Under the pieces are notes generated by a model, which was not told the DNA's origin, did no database searches, and worked only from the letters and a program-made list of their open reading frames with translations. A DNA stretch of 63,389 nt, counting the filler, from Albugo candida (Eukaryota): assembly GCA_040437565.1 (NCBI GenBank). It is 27 parts of 27 records of this genome, joined end to end, with 100 filler letters (N's around TTAATTAATTAA, not from the genome) between each part and the next. Parts side by side here need not be neighbours in the genome. Positions count along the whole stretch, not along the records: positions 61,216 to 63,389 come from JBDOQK010000339.1; 26 more parts are not named here. One strand, given 5' to 3'. The first letter of the stretch is position 1. Every line of letters starts with the position of its first letter. Positions 62,985-63,389 of the stretch are shown here, in pieces. Both the position numbers and the translations under genes were made by a program.

Positions 62985-63389
62985 GTGGTTGTATGGGTTG
63001 TATGGGCTGTTTACAGTGGTTGTATGGGCTATATACAGAGGTTGTATGGGTGTATGGGCTGTATACAGAGGTTGTATAGGTTGTATGGGCTGTATATAAT
63101 GGTTGTGTGAGTTGTATGGGCTGTATTTAGTGGTTATGGGCGGTGTATAGTGGTTGTATGTGTCGTATGGGCTGTATACAGAGGTTGTATGGGTTGTGTA
63201 CAGTGGTTGTATTTGTTTTATACAGTACTTGTGTGGGTTGTATGGGTTGTATACAGTAGTTGTATGGGTTGTATGGGTTGTATGGGTTGTTTACAGTGGT
63301 TGTATGCGTTGTATACAGTAGTTGTAAGGGCTGCATGGGTTGTGTACAATGGTTGTATGGGTTGTATGGGTTGTGTACAATGGTTGTAT
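62985..63389 (+). repeat. G/T-rich degenerate 9-bp satellite (GGGTTGTAT)n
   Basis: Strongly strand-biased repeat that continues to the window end. Confidence 0.9.

Overview
This window is not a contiguous locus. It is 27 unrelated contigs of about 2.2-2.3 kb, sorted by decreasing length and joined by an artificial 100-nt linker (44 N + TTAATTAATTAA + 44 N), so adjacency across linkers has no biological meaning. At least two eukaryotes seem to be mixed: AT-rich, intron-rich, transposon-dense DNA resembling Mucorales fungi, and higher-GC, intron-less DNA resembling oomycetes (a START-like/FYVE-like protein and a secreted HAD-like protein). Most fungal-like contigs are transposon pieces: 2 hAT, 2-3 CACTA, Helitron Rep, a Helitron-associated DUF6570 remnant, PIF/Harbinger, MULE, Ty3/Gypsy remnants, MITE termini and subterminal repeats. 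Three things stand out. (1) Contig 31106-33362 is a palindrome with two 1119-bp arms and an imperfect 19-nt hairpin apex. It has a structured ~410-nt leader and a divergent reverse transcriptase of mitochondrial retroplasmid type, as expected for a hairpin-ended linear retroplasmid (pFOXC-like architecture). (2) Two intron-containing Fanzor1-like (eukaryotic TnpB) RNA-guided nuclease genes share a long coiled-coil segment before RuvC-I; one keeps all three RuvC catalytic motifs. (3) Two divergent, gaplessly alignable members of an unrecognised protein family occur at 10259-11080 and 57211-57935. All calls are motif recognition by eye; no searches were run.
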